NCBI GenBank assembly: GCA_009602725.1
Contig: WELB01000028.1
Coordinates: forward strand, 647,972 to 711,971
Reading direction: 5' to 3'
Length of the DNA stretch: 64,000 bases
Origin: Spirogloea muscicola
Taxonomy: Eukaryota
The stretch's first letter is position 1, and each line of letters starts with the position of its first letter. The position numbers were made by a program, and so were the translations under genes. Of this stretch, positions 24,601 through 37,844 are shown one piece after another. Under the pieces are notes generated by a model, which was not told the origin of the DNA, made no database searches, and saw only the letters and a list, made by a program, of their open reading frames with translations.

Positions 24601-26812
24601 CGAGTGAGTGGACCCTTGGATGCTAGTCATGTAGTTGTGTTCCTATATGTGGTCCTTGCATGCCTAGCTTTCCTCCGACAAGGAAGGCACATGTCAGCTG
24701 TAACATGGGATGTAGACAAGCTGCAAGTCGCTTAGCGGCTCACTCACAGTTCCTGACAGGTTAAGTGGTCAGCTGCCGTCCCAGTTGGCAAGACTTGTGC
24801 TGCTCACACAGCTCCGGTTGGCTGGCAACAACCTCTGTGAACCCATTCCGCCAACCTTCTCCGCTTTGAGTAACTTGCAGTTGCTGATGATGGACAACAA
24901 CATTTTCTCTGGCCCATTCCCAGAGTGGCTTGGCATACTGAGCAGTGCAGTGATTATATCTCTAAGTCACAACAGCTTGACTGGAGGTGTACCTGCAAGT
25001 ATTCGTAAGCTGCAAAATCTTGGAGAATTTTACATCTCAGACAATCTCCTAACAGGCAGCCTCCCCCCCAGAGATCGGAGACTTAAGCAAGCTCACCGTA
25101 TTTTCAGCTGCGAATAACTCATTCAGTGGGCCCATACCAGAGGAGATTGGCGATCTGCTGGATCTGGCCTATCTCGACCTCTCAAACAATGAACTCAATG
25201 GCAGCATCCCGGCGTCCTTTGCACACATCAATCTCATTGACTTTTTCAACGTCTCTAACAACAACCTCAGTGGGACCATCCCTGGTGGTCATATTGGTCA
25301 GTACAACAGCAGCTCCTTCTCTGGTAATGCTGACTTATGCGGCGGCCCTTATCTGGCCTGTGGAAGTCCTCCTTCCTTTCCATCACCTCCAGAGGACGAA
25401 TTGTCATATTCTGGAGGCTTTTTTGGGGGGCCATTTGCTGGCATTGTTATTGGGGCTGTTGAGCAGAGCACTGAGAGCTTCTGCTCCAAGATGTCCAGTA
25501 CTAAAGATAGACTTCAAGGTCCATTCACCTTTGAGGAGCTCATGGATGCCACTGAGAACTTCAATGACATTCACATAGTCGGCACAGGAGGCTTTGGAAA
25601 AGTCTATAGGTACAGACATGACGGATGTTAAAATGTTAATTGACTCGTTCCATTACGCCCGCGCTGCTTGCAGGTGGTTTTATTCCATGGTGCTTGTTGT
25701 CCCGGTCTCTTCCATGTTCTACAATCTGCAAAGTCGTCAAGCTACTGAGATTACGACATTGCTGAGCAGTGCGCAGATGAAGGACGGGCAAAAGTATGCA
25801 GTGAAGAGGCTAGCGCCAGACAGCAAGCAAGGTCTGAGAGAGGTGCAAGCTGAGGTGGAGATACTGAGTCGCATTTATCACCGCAATTTGGTCCAGCTAC
25901 GGGGCTGGTACATCCCAAAGGACAGCGACATGGACATGCTGCTCATCTATCCATTCTTGCCTGGCGGGAATCTGAACAATTGGTGCACGGGGGAATGGGC
26001 GTGCCTTCAAAGCCAGAGGGATTTGATCACTGGTCTGCACGGGTGAAGGTCATGCTGGGTGCAGCGGTTGGGCTGAGGTACCTGCATCATGAGTGCAATC
26101 GTCGGGTGGTCCATAGGGACGGGAAGCCAAGCAACATCTTGTTGGATGAGCATGGTCAAGGGTACTTGGCAGATTTTGGGCTTGCACGGATCCTGCAGAA
26201 GCATGACACACACGCGTCAACCATGGCTGCAGGTGACTTGTCCAAGCACTCAAATTTCTATGTGTGCTGTCATAGGCCTCTCTGGCATCATGCAAAAGGA
26301 TGAGCTGCTCATCAGATGTGTGTTGCCTCCTGCTGGTCATGGCACCTCAGACCAAAGGCCTCACAATGTATAGGAGTCATCTTGCCTGCATTTCGTGATT
26401 ACCACTCCATGATTGATGCACATCTGCAGGCACGATCGGATATCTAGCTCCAGACTATGCTGAGCTGGGCCAATTGAATGAACGCAGCGATGTCTTCAGT
26501 TTTGGGATCATGCTTCTGGAGACTGTCACTGGCAAACGTCCTGTTGACCCTTTCTTTCAGAGTGATAATGTGACTGGGGGCAACTTGACTAGCTGGGTGC
26601 GGTCATGCCTTCGCAAGGAGAAGCCGTTGGAGTGCGTTGATATGGCGCTAGCGCCATTCGTGCGCCAGAGAGTGGATGAAATGAAAGGAGCCTTGAAAGC
26701 AGGGCTTTTTTGCTGCTCCCGCACTCCAATCCACAGGCCAACAATGAGTGACGTTGTTGAAATGCTTCAGAACCTCCAAGCATGTGGTGCTGAATTGACA
26801 TTTCCTAAGTGA
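21650..26812 (+). pseudogene. LRR-RLK copy C, near full length but frameshifted and lacking most of the TM helix
   Basis: Exons 21769-21906 and 22204-22380, eight 72-nt LRR exons (starting 22725, 22908, 23153, 23383, 23655, 23890, 24318, 24517), a large exon from 24760, and kinase exons to the stop at 26812. Lesions: +1 C in a homopolymer at about 25065, a -1 frameshift at about 25976, HRDGK, and a TM deletion at about 25460. Confidence 0.88.
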
Positions 26813-28899
26813 GTCACGGCCTTCAAATGATCCGATCTTCATCATTTAGTGGACATCTCTCTCTTGGCTGAACACCTTTCCACCACCAAGGCCTTGTATG
26901 GAACACTTGCGGGTGGCAGATTGATTCTGCAGAGTTGGTGCAACAAAAGTAAACCCCGGGTGTTTGTTGGTTTATTGCGCCCTGGATGTGCTGGCCGTGC
27001 TGGCCGTATGGTTGGAGATGCTGCACGACACAGCAAGAAGCAGAATGAGTGAAGCACGGAGAAGTCAAGAGAAGGGGTGATAGACGGAAGGGACATTGAC
27101 TGTAGTGAGCCTAAGAGTGAGAGAGGTGACAGAGAAAATGGAGAAGATGGAGAGGGAGATAGGGGGAGAGTGAGACCCTCGGAGTGAAGACAAGAGGACG
27201 GCCAGCCCTCTAGGCTCAGCAGCATCCCATCGGCGTCCAAGTAAGTAGCAACATGGCCAGTGCTTCACACTCGTGTCAGACTCAGTCTGCAGCAGTGGCT
27301 CCACAGGTAAGAATCGAAATACAGTTATGGTCGTCATAATTGCGACAGCTGTTGACACCTTACGCCAAACGCTTGTTGTTGATCAATAATGTAGAGATGG
27401 AAAAGGCGAGAAGCAAATCAGGAATGGAGACCCACGAGGAGGTGGAATCAATATATTGCGACAAGGGTTGGGTGCGCATGCTGCTCGGCTGTCTCGGATG
27501 TCTGCTGAGGTAGACCAAATGATTTTTGGCTACCTTGGTAGAGGTGTGGGCGAGGCAAGGGCTGCTGGTGGTCAGGATCATTATCAGAGCCGTGGCAGTA
27601 GGCCCTGCCAAGGCGTCTCAGCACAGGCTGGCTCATCTGTGGAGCCCGTCTCATCCTTTGATTGCCGTGCTTTCACTTCTGTTGGTGACGCCCTCGTAGG
27701 GTGGACCGGAATGCCGTGGCATGCCACTTCCGAGGACAGGCGTCAAGCTAGCGGCGCCTGCCCTTCTCTTTCCGTCATGACGGCTTGCCTCTCATATCAA
27801 GCAAAATAAGAAGGAAAGGCTTTTTGTTCCTCGCAGTAGCCTAACAGCTAATTCTGATAGCAGTATAGAAAAGTCACAAGGGCCAAAGGGGCCTGAAATA
27901 GCAGATCTTCTGCATGGCCAGCGTGCAGACGCAAACGCCAGGGGTATATTGCAGCGGATTTGAAGGCGCTTGCAAAAGACAAGGGCCACCGAGCCCACGG
28001 CATTGAGATTTGCTTGCTCCCCTACCGAATCCTGCCGTTAGGACCCCGCTCTGGCCAGCTTGGCAAGGGGGTCCCTGCACGTGCCTCGTGAAGGCGCCCA
28101 GCTTTTCTTGCATGCCGGCATCAGCAGCATCAAGCTGCTTGCAGGCTGCTCTGGGAAAGAGAAGGGCTCGCCCATTGAGGATAGAGGCTGGAAAAAGCCA
28201 GCCCAGAAAAGAATGAACAAAGGACGAGAAGGGGCCAGGAAAGCGCTCTGGGAAAGCGCTCTTCGGCCATTGCTATGCGGGCCCCCCCCCCCCCCGCCTC
28301 CTGCTGCTGGGCCCCGTGTGGCGACGAGCTCCTCCCTGCAAGGACCGCCCCAACGGCATGAGTGCTTGGTGGCTGCTCCACGGCCACCGATTCTCACGCA
28401 AGGATGCCGGCCAGGCAGAAGGAGTTGAATCGACCTGCAGGGGCCCCTTTCGGAAGCCCCTAAATTGTCGCTGCAGGCGGTCGGGGAGGCAGCCCCTTGC
28501 GCGGCCTTGTGCGCCACCTGTTCGTGCTGCGGCTCTACTCCCCCCCCCCGTGGGAAGCCGCCAGCGCCTGCGCGCGCCGCCCACTGTATGTAGAGCCCCT
28601 ACGCCAGCTGCCCCGCTGCCTGCTGGCTTCGCTGCGTGGCAAAGCCTACTGACAGCACCCAAGTGAGAGCCCTCACATCCATCGCCTGCCCCAATAGCTT
28701 CCGAGGCACGCGCGGCCAGATGAACTGGTGGCTGGGAGAGGCCGGCCCAAAAGAATGGACAAGGTCTGAAGGAGTCGGAGTGCTAAGGACTGAGACAGCA
28801 GTAAGCGAACTCTCAGTAACCTCTCTTCAGTAGATGCAAATCTGAGTTAGCAGGCGGAAAGACGTCGCCCTGACGGGAGCCGGAGGCCGCCGCCAGAGC

Positions 28900-29130
28900 G
28901 CGGCGCTGCCTCTCGGTGAGCCCAGGAGCTGCGGTCGTGCCGGTCCGGAAGCCCAACGCCCGCTCCCGCTCGTCGGCACGGGGCTCCTCCAGTTGCTGCG
29001 TGGTGTTGTCCCACACCATGCCCGGGCCTCCATTCCTGAATGCATAAGACGCCGGGTAGCTTACCAGCGTGGGCAGCGCCGCCCGTGGCTGCCCCAACTT
29101 GTTGCACAGCGCGGACGGAGGAACGTCGTC
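28900..29130 (-). pseudogene. C-terminal fragment of a C5-DNA methyltransferase (motif IX to X region), embedded between retro 3' ends
   Basis: ALPTLVSYP..EEPRADERERALGFRTGTTAAPGLTERQRRAL resembles the E-ER-LGF..T......RR.L(LGN) tail of Dnmt3/DRM-type enzymes. Confidence 0.6.
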
Positions 29131-31122
29131 CCTCTCCACTGAGCTTCCATCTGCATCGTCCATTTGTTTTGCAGTGTTTTGTAGCGTAGTCCTTTTTCCG
29201 GCTCCTCTTTGGCTTCGGACATTGTCATTTTTGGGCTGGCTTTGCCATCCCCTCTTCTCTATGGGCAAGCACTTTCTTCGTTATTCTGCCAGAAGGCTCA
29301 CTCAAAGGAATGAAAAGATGAAAGCGCTTCCAAAGGGGTCTCAGCGCAACACGCATCGTAATTATTTGAGTGACCGAGCATAAGGGAGAAGCTGGGGTAC
29401 CGGGAACGAATAGTCCACTCGGTCCAGCCTCTTGCTTGGGACGGATCTGACCTAGGGTTACCAGTGCCGCCGCCACCCGCATTGCATCAGCATGCATTGT
29501 TCGAGCATTGCGCGCCGCGTCAAGGGGCGGGGCCGAAACACCAGGCAGACCTGCCGCTAAGGAGCTTCTACCCGATAGGACTCCGTTGACCGGTATTCAA
29601 ACCGGCGCAATTGCAAGGCAAGCTCGTTCTTGATTACTCTCTTTGGGGATAGACTCGTCCTACTTTGCCAGTGACTTACTGTCATGTACATACTTGCAAG
29701 GACCCTGGCACCCTTCAGCACCAGAAAGCTGGTCAAGCTTTAGCTGGTGGTGCAAGGGCTTGTCATTCGGTGTCCGGTATTGAGCATCAAGTAGCGACCT
29801 CTACGTGCCGACTCGTCCTTACTGAGCGGATCAGCTTAGCAGCAGGTGATGTGCATCTGTCATGTGCTTGCCTTTGTACTTGGCTACTCAGGCCTTCCAT
29901 CACTCATTACACACGCCATCCCTCAGCCTATCCAGCAACTCGTCATGATTTGGAACGAAATCGAAGTCTTTTTTTTAAGGAGGCCTGGGGCCTTCCAGGC
30001 GCTAACAGTGGCACGCAAGAGTGCCATGAGCCGTCCGGGTTTGGTGCTAAGCTGTTAAGCTTACACGCATCTCGGGGACCACGAGGTTAACAAGTAGAGG
30101 TCGCTAAGTGATGTTCGAACACTGGGCAGCAGGTCCCAAGCCCTTCCGCAACCAGATGAAGCTCGTCTAGCCTTGGTGCAAAGCATGAGCCTGAGCTCAC
30201 AACTGCTGACACGCTCCTCTTTGTGCAAGCCGCTGAAGGCTCGCATTGCAAGGAAGGCAAAACAATGCACTCGGAGGATGAGACGCGTCCGGCAGGACAG
30301 CCTGCTGTGCACACCTCGGCAGCCCTGTTGCCCACGGCTCAAAGGATCGACCCGATCATTGACAGCCCTTGCCCCTCCCAAACCTCCGTCATGATATCGA
30401 CGACTTCCTATGCCATTTGCAGACATGCAGTCAGCGGGAAAGCATGCGCAAAACCAGCGTCTTTCTTGAGATCAGGTCACTCATTTCTCCTTTCCATGGG
30501 TCTCCATTGATCTGCTTCTTAACACTTCCGTTCCTTACACCGCTGATCAATGACAAGCGGTGCGTAAGGTATTAGTAGATTACTTTCCCAATGACGACGA
30601 CCACGAGTGTGTGTTGTGGTTCTTAGCCGTGTAGCCACTGCTGCGGTCTGAATATGACACGTGTGCGATGCGCTGGCCATCTTGCTACTGGAACGCCAAA
30701 GGGGATTACTGCCGAGCCTAGGATGCTAAATATCCTCTTGACTCATATGTCGGTCTCCTCCCCATTCCTCTCCCTGCTGCCTGTCCGACTTCGCTTCGTG
30801 TTCTGTCACACCCTTCTTTTTATGCTCGACATTACGACTGTCTCTTCCTCTCCTTCTCTTCGACTCATCACCCAATCTCTGAAGTTTTCATTGCCTCACA
30901 CTTCCTGCTTCTTGCTATCGTGCTAACCATGGTCAGCAGGGCAAACGAAGCCCGGGGGCCGTGCCACATGGACCCCTGGTAACTAATTGCACCAGTGCGC
31001 AGCATCAGATTTTCAACGTCAGGCGTCTCATATGAGTCATCTTTGCAAGGCCATCAGCCTTTAACGACAATCTACGAGATAATCAGAACAGGTGTTAGGT
31101 GGCATCAGTCCCTCTAAAATGG

Positions 31123-34100
31123 TCAACTCAGCACCTTAGGTAATGGCAAACCAGCTCCAAATGCTCGCAGATTCTGGAGCATTTCGACAACGACAATCAT
31201 TGGTGGCCTTTGGTTTGGAGTACTGGAGCAGCACAGTAGCCCTGCTTTTAAGGCTCCCTTCATCTCGTCCACGTTCTGGGGAACAAATGGAGCTAGAGCC
31301 ACATCGATGCACTTTGAAGGCTTCTCATTTTGAAGGCATGCTCGCACCCAACTTATCAAGTTGCCCCCAATTGCAATTTCAGTCTGAAAGAAAGGGGGGT
31401 CAACAGGTCGCTTGCCGGTGACGGTCTCCAGAATCATGACTCCAAAACTGAAGACGTCGCTTCGCTCAGTATATTGGCCCAGAGCGCCATCTGGAGCCCA
31501 ATATCCAACTGTGCCTGCAGATATGCAGCAATCATGGTGTTGCGTTCATGGCTTGCAGAAGATCTGATTTCTCTCTGTACGAGGCCGTTAGTCTGAGGTG
31601 CCACAAGCAGCATGTACAAGTATGTGCAGTGAGAAATTCATCCTTCTTGCATAGTGCCAAAGAAGCCGATGACAAACAATTCAATGGCACTCGGAAAGAA
31701 ATGCCATTGAAGTGCTCGAAGCAGTTACCTGCAGCCGTGGTTGACAAGTGCGTGTCATGTGCCTGAAAAGTTCGTGCAAGCCCAAAATCCGCCACATAAC
31801 CTTGACCTTGCTCATCCAAGAGGATATTGCTCGGCTTGACGTCCCTATGCACCACCCGAGGTTTGCAATCATGGTGCAAGTACTTAAGCCCAATGGCCGC
31901 ACCCAAAAAGACTTTACTCCGTGCAGACCAATGGTCAAACCCATCTGGCTTAGAAGGCACGCCCTTTCCCCCATGCACCAGTTGGTCAAGATTCCCGCCA
32001 GGCAAGAAAGGATAAATGAGCAGCATGTCCACGTCGCTGTCCTTGGGGATATACCAGCCCCGTAGCGGAACCAAATTGCGATGACTGATGCGACTCAGCG
32101 TCTCCACCTCAGCTTGGACCTCTCTCATGCCTTGCGTGCTGTTTGGTGCTAGCCTCTTCACTGCATACTTTTTGCCATCCTTCATCTGCGCACTGTTCAG
32201 CATCTTCATCTTAGTGGCCTGTATAATTGTGCAAGCCATAGGACATGAAAACAATCGGGACATCAAGCACCAAGGAAACACACCAAGGAAGAAGGAAGAA
32301 ATGATATGCAAGCAGGTCCGGCATATGCAAAGCTTGTGCTTCCATTATGTACGTACCTATAGACTTTCCCAAAGCCGCCCAAACCAACGATGTGGTTGTC
32401 GTTGGAGTCCTCAGTTGCGACCATGAGCTCCTCATAGGTGAAGGGAGCTTGGAGTCTATCCTGAGTGATGGACAACTCAGCGCAGAAGTTCTCGATGCTC
32501 CGCTCCTTGTCTGTCATAGTTTTGTCCTTCTTCCGAGCCAAGCAACACAGCCGGAGCAATCCCGGTAACAGGAGGAGAAGGAGGACAATAGCCCCAACAA
32601 CAATGCCATCAATTGCTCCCCCTGACAAGCTCGATGGCTTGTGCACTGGAGGTGGTGGGAAAGGAGGGAAAGAACGAGGTGCGGGAGCTGTCTTGCAGGC
32701 CACGTAAGGGCCGCCACACAAGGCGCCATTGCCAGAGAAGGAGCTGCTGCTGTACTGACCAATAGAACCCCCAGGAATGGGCCCACTGAGTTTGTTATCT
32801 GAGACGTTAAAGAAGGAAGTAAGATTCAAATTAGCAAAGGACGCCGGGATGCTGCCATTGAGGTCATTGTTGGAAAGATCGAGGTAGGTAAGACTCGGCA
32901 AGTTGCCAATCCGCTCCGGTATGGGCCCGCTGAATGAGTTGCTTGCGGCCGAAAAATTAGTGAGCTTGCTCAAGTCTCCAATTTCCGGGGGAAGACTGCC
33001 AGATAGGCGGTTGTTGGAAATGTCAAGATCTTGAAGATCTTGCAGACTTTGAGTGCTCGCAGGTACTCCTCCGGTCAAGTTGTTATGAGCTAGGTGAAAT
33101 TCAATGCACTGCTTAGGTTGCCAAGCCACTCTGGAAATGGGCCAGAGAAGTTGTTACTGTCCATCTCCAGGACTTGTAAGTTCTCCAGGTTGGAGAAGGT
33201 TGTCGGGATCGGTCCTGAGAGGCTGTTGCCAGTAAAGTAGAGCCCGTTGAGCTGCACAAGTTCCCAACTGAGGCGGCAGGTGGCCACTTAATCTGCCAGT
33301 AAGTGCGAGTGAGCCGCTAAGTGACAATGCCAGCTGTGACACTTCTGCAATTTCTGTATCTGCTGACATGGTAACATGAGGCAAGCAATGGCTCCATCGA
33401 AGACGTAGTCCTAGCAGCACCTGTTGTAGCTCAGGTCCAGGTTGACCATTGCCGTGCAATTAGCAAGCTCTGGTGGCACTCCACCCTCCAAGCTGACACC
33501 AAACGAGCATTTGATAGTAGGTGATCTGACACTGCAAGGTCGACCTGATATATAGCACAGACTGCAACAGCACTCTAACAGCAGGCCTTACACTGCAGGT
33601 GCGATGAGAATCATAAGCGACCACAAATGTTTACAGTCAAATGCTTAATGGGCTGCCAAAGTCTTAGACGTTTTGCTTCTATCACCTGTTGTTGCTTGCC
33701 TGGATTTCGAAGAGGTTAGGCAGCTCCCCAAGCTCTTGCGGTACCCCTCCAACAAGCCTGCCATATTCAAATTGCAGAGTGCCACCTAATGAGCTATCAG
33801 GGTTGATGCTGGACATACCGTGAACAATCAAGATCTTGGAAGGCTACACGGGGAGTAAAACCTAGAGCCATGTACACATGCCTTGACCTGAGCCACTGGA
33901 TTCTTGCAAATCACCCAAGCAGTTGATATGGGCGGCAAGAAACCCCTTACGAGTTGTAGCTCAGGCTCAGGTACCGGAGCTTTTTGCACTTGCTTAGCTG
34001 CTTCGGTATGCCGCCCGATAATCTGTAATTGGTACAGGAGGAAGGGCTCTGTCAAACAATGCCATGGCAGCTGACTATGATGATTTGTATCCTGATTTCA

Positions 34101-35870
34101 AGGAAGGAAGCATGGAATCTGTCGGGTTCAACATTCATCAATGCCAAAAAGTCAGCGACAACAGAGTAATACCCACTTGTTGGAATACAAGAAGAGACTT
34201 GACAGATTAGCCAAGTTGCCATATGATGGAGGGATTGGGCCACTGAGTCTGTGGGCAAAGGTATGAGAGACTGTGAGCAGCATTCTTACAGGTCCTAAAA
34301 GCACAAAGGATGTGTATAGTATGATAACTCAGCAGAGCCCCTGTTTCTTGTGACAGACTTCTATTACTGCAGAATCAGAAACTGAGATGCAACGTATTTG
34401 TGTCGTGATTATTTTTGTCAAAAGCCTGAACACATGGGGCATCAGTACGACACTGTAGCAGAGCCCCCACTATCTGTGACACACTTTCAATACTGCAGGC
34501 TTAGACAGTGAATGACAATGTCTATCTATTTAGATCACATTGCACATAAGATGAAAGTCACATGCCACACAAGTTGGACTCTGACAGCTCGTGAGATCAT
34601 TGAGAAATAATACTTCTGCAACAGCAGTTTCTGGCTACATGAGTAATACCTATTTCTCTGAACGTCGTGTTTGCCAAGTGACTTACAGTGACTGAGCTCT
34701 GGTGGAAGGCTACCAGTTAAGCTGCGCAAGAGACCATGCAAACGCATGGCCACTTGAAACATCTGCTCGAAGGTCTTGTGCCTCCTTGGTAAGTTGCTTG
34801 AGATCCACATGCTACTGTTACATCCAGGCTTAGATTGCAAAGTCTCGATTGTGTACTTCTTATACTCTGTCAATCAGTAGAGCTAGCCATACCTGTTATC
34901 GGTTGCCAAGAAGGAGTACATGCTGGTAAGATTGCCATATTCAGGCGGAATTGTACCAGTAATGCTGTTGATCAAGCACAGTCACACGAGTTAGCTTCTC
35001 GAGATGGCACAAGCTGCATGATAATTTCGGGTTGTGCTTGACGTGCAGCATATGTGAAGCAAACGAGCAAAGGCGCAGGACTGCGCACGTGTTCTTATCA
35101 AGCTCAAGGTTCGTCAGACTCCGGCAATTACCAACTGCTGGTGGCAGGGAGCCTGTCAGCCTGTTCACGTATGTGTCAGATCAAGTTACTTCCAGACAAC
35201 ATGCATCAAGCAGGCCACAACATGCATGGGAGCAGTCTTGATGGAAGTGTTAGACATACTGCTGTGGCCAGCCACACCATCACACTACTTTGGAGAGGAA
35301 TGCAGTATTGAAAGTACTTGTTGTTGGAGAGGATGAGCTCAGTGAGAGTTCCACTCATCCCAAGCTCGGGGGGCAGGCTTCCAGATATACTGCATGACGG
35401 CAGCAAGGAGAGATGACATCAGGGATTGTTCATGATTGGTTGGCTTAGACCTTGATTTCTCTGTATTGTTGCAGACGACCATCAGTACATAGCTTGCCAC
35501 GTGCGTACGTGGTCACTGACCCATTGCTCGAGATGAAAAGGACCTGTAGAAGGGACAGGTTTGCCAGTGAAGCGGGGAACCCCCCGCTTAATCTGCAACA
35601 TGTTGTAAGGCTTGCCATGAGTGCACAGCAGTGTCGCATCACCTTCCCAATGGCAACTCTCTGAAAGTAGCGAATCCAATGTGGCCAGGCTCTTTTGTGC
35701 ACAAACAGCAGTCAGCTCCCTCATGAAGTGGAAGCTTGTTGGGCGACACGACCTGCACGTAGGGACAGCAGAGCAGGCCTACACGCCTGAAACTTGGGCA
35801 AAAGGCATATTGGCACCTACTGGTTGTTATTGACATAGAGATTGCTCAGACTTGCGCAGTTTCCCAACTC
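31123..35870 (-). pseudogene. LRR-RLK copy D: N-terminus missing, two frameshifts with an intervening stop in the large LRR exon, kinase exons open
   Basis: Partial exon 35821-35870, then nine 72-nt exons (35521-35592, 35318-35389, 35089-35160, 34893-34964, 34650-34721, 34177-34248, 33951-34022, 33686-33757, 33421-33492), a large exon from 33292, and kinase motifs HRDVKPSNILL, DFG, GYWAPD. Confidence 0.9.
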
Positions 35871-36735
35871 CAAAGCCCTTGGTCCTCCACCAGGTTGCAC
35901 GCCCACAATGTCAAGTGTGCGGCGATGATGACGTCCCTGGGCATCCGTGGTGATAGGCATGATGTTGTTCACTTCCACGACCGCACGGTACCCGGCGTCG
36001 CGCATCAAACCCGCCAGAGCATCACGGAGGAGGTTGTGGATGCCCACCACTTCTGGTCCGGTGGGGCATCGCAGCATGTGAGTGGCGAGCTCAGCACTCT
36101 CTGCACGGAAGCCGCACTCACACTGACGCACCCCAATCAGGCTATTAGGTGGGAGGCCGAGGAAGAGTTGAAGCAACGTCTGAAAGGCCTCGGAGCTGAT
36201 GCTGAAGGTGCTGGCCACCGCGTGTGAGGTGATCCAGTCTGTGGCTCCAGGTGTGGCGAGGGAAGTGATTCTTGCCAGGCTCCTTGGATAGTTGTGAATC
36301 TCTGGCAGCCTCCTCAAGCTTTTGCGGCGCTCATCTTCCACTGCCATAACCAGTCTGGATTGTGCCCCTCTATCCGAAGCTTGGGCGAGGGCGGAGAATG
36401 GCGTCAGTAGGGGTTGTATACAGGGGAAAGAGCCGATTGCCGAGTCACGGATGCTCCTCAGATCCGCTTGGAAGGGTAAGGAGCCTTCCTCCACGTTGCG
36501 TACGGGATCGTGGAGGCAAGGGAAGCGCATGGGAAGCATAGAGGCGATCTGGTGCCAGCAGCCCAGGAAGGCTGCTTGCGCCGTCTGCTCCAACGACCGG
36601 CAGCCAAGGCCGCCCATGCGAGTAGGGAGGGAAGCCTGGAGGGCAGATGAAGCGGAGGGGAAAGAGGAAGATTGTAGAAGGGATGCCAGGGACTGCAAGA
36701 GACTGCAGCAGGGAGTTGTCGAATTCCTTGTAGAG
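35871..36735 (-). mobile_element. Internal fragment of an RLE non-LTR retrotransposon ORF (post-RT region, CCHC, start of endonuclease)
   Basis: LQASLPTRMGGLG, AAFLGCW, CECG..HMLRC, HNLLRD, RRTLDIVG. Homologous to 6772-7440. Confidence 0.85.
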
Positions 36736-37844
36736 CTCGCCCACCATGCCCATTGGGGCGACTGTCCGACTAAAAAGAGCTGTGAGGGCCAAAAGCGCTG
36801 TAAGAGGCCGGCCAGAAAAAAGAGAGGATGCTTTCAGGAGAGTGGCAGTGGCTGTGAGAGGCCAGCCCGGGGAAAAAATTGTACGAAGTTCGAAAGAAGC
36901 CAGAGAAAGCGCTAAAGCACACAGAGAATCAAGTAGCCACGAAACACTCAGTGACATCTGTTGAGCAGCCGCAAGAAAGGAAGGACTAAACAAGGGCTTG
37001 ATTGGCCGGGAGGCGCAAATTTTTGAAACTTCTCTTCGATGAATTCTGTGAGCTATTTCTTTTGCAAATGGTCGCACAACAAGAAGTGAACTCTTCCTAA
37101 GGAAGATGACTGTGTAATAAATGTCGGAGGGCCTGAGTGGCCAAGTGGCTAAAGAGGGCAAGGGCTGTGAAAAGGTTACTATAGTTTACAATATGAAATG
37201 CCAGCCCGACATGAATTGACAAGGTCCGAAGGGGCCGGTCAGGGCTGCGACACATAGGCAAAGGAGAAGCTCTTTCAATTCACGGCAATGGCTGTGAGGT
37301 ATGGACACGGTCCACACCTTCGGGAAGTATTAGCTCCTCCGATTTACAGCAATCGCTGTTAGAAGAAGTGGCTCTTCCAATCGGGGCAAGGGCTGTGATA
37401 AGCCAGCCCGAACAAACAGTTGACAAGGTTCGGAGGGGCCAAACTACGAAGGGGCCAAAAGCGCTATCTCAGAGTTGGGGTAGGATGAATCACTCAATAA
37501 TTATGAGAGGCCACCAAAAGGAATGTACAAGGTCTGAAAGGGCCAGATGGCGCGAAAAATAGGATACTAGTCTCCAAGACCGTCGGGTCGCTTGCTCAAG
37601 TGTACAGGATGCGCCTTGCAACCTCCCTGCAGCGGTCCTTCGGTTTTGCCGTCGACTTGCGTGCAGGTCGGGCCTTGGCTGCTGCCTCCGGGTTCTGCCA
37701 GGGCGACTTTTCGCCCTCTAGTCATTCTGACTTGCACTCGCCGACGAGAGGATATTGAGCGCCCACTTGCTGACGTCTGAAAGGGCCGGATGGCGCAAAA
37801 GAGAGAAGGGCTCGCCCATTGAGGATAGGGGCTGGAAAAGAAGA

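Noticed and set aside
24574..24613. 15-nt tandem duplication of a splice donor (GACAACGAGTGAGTG)
   Set aside because: A real local duplication, but use of the second donor would only add five codons, and there is no evidence of function.
27240..27800. Possible degenerate LINE coding remnant
   Set aside because: No convincing motif in any frame.
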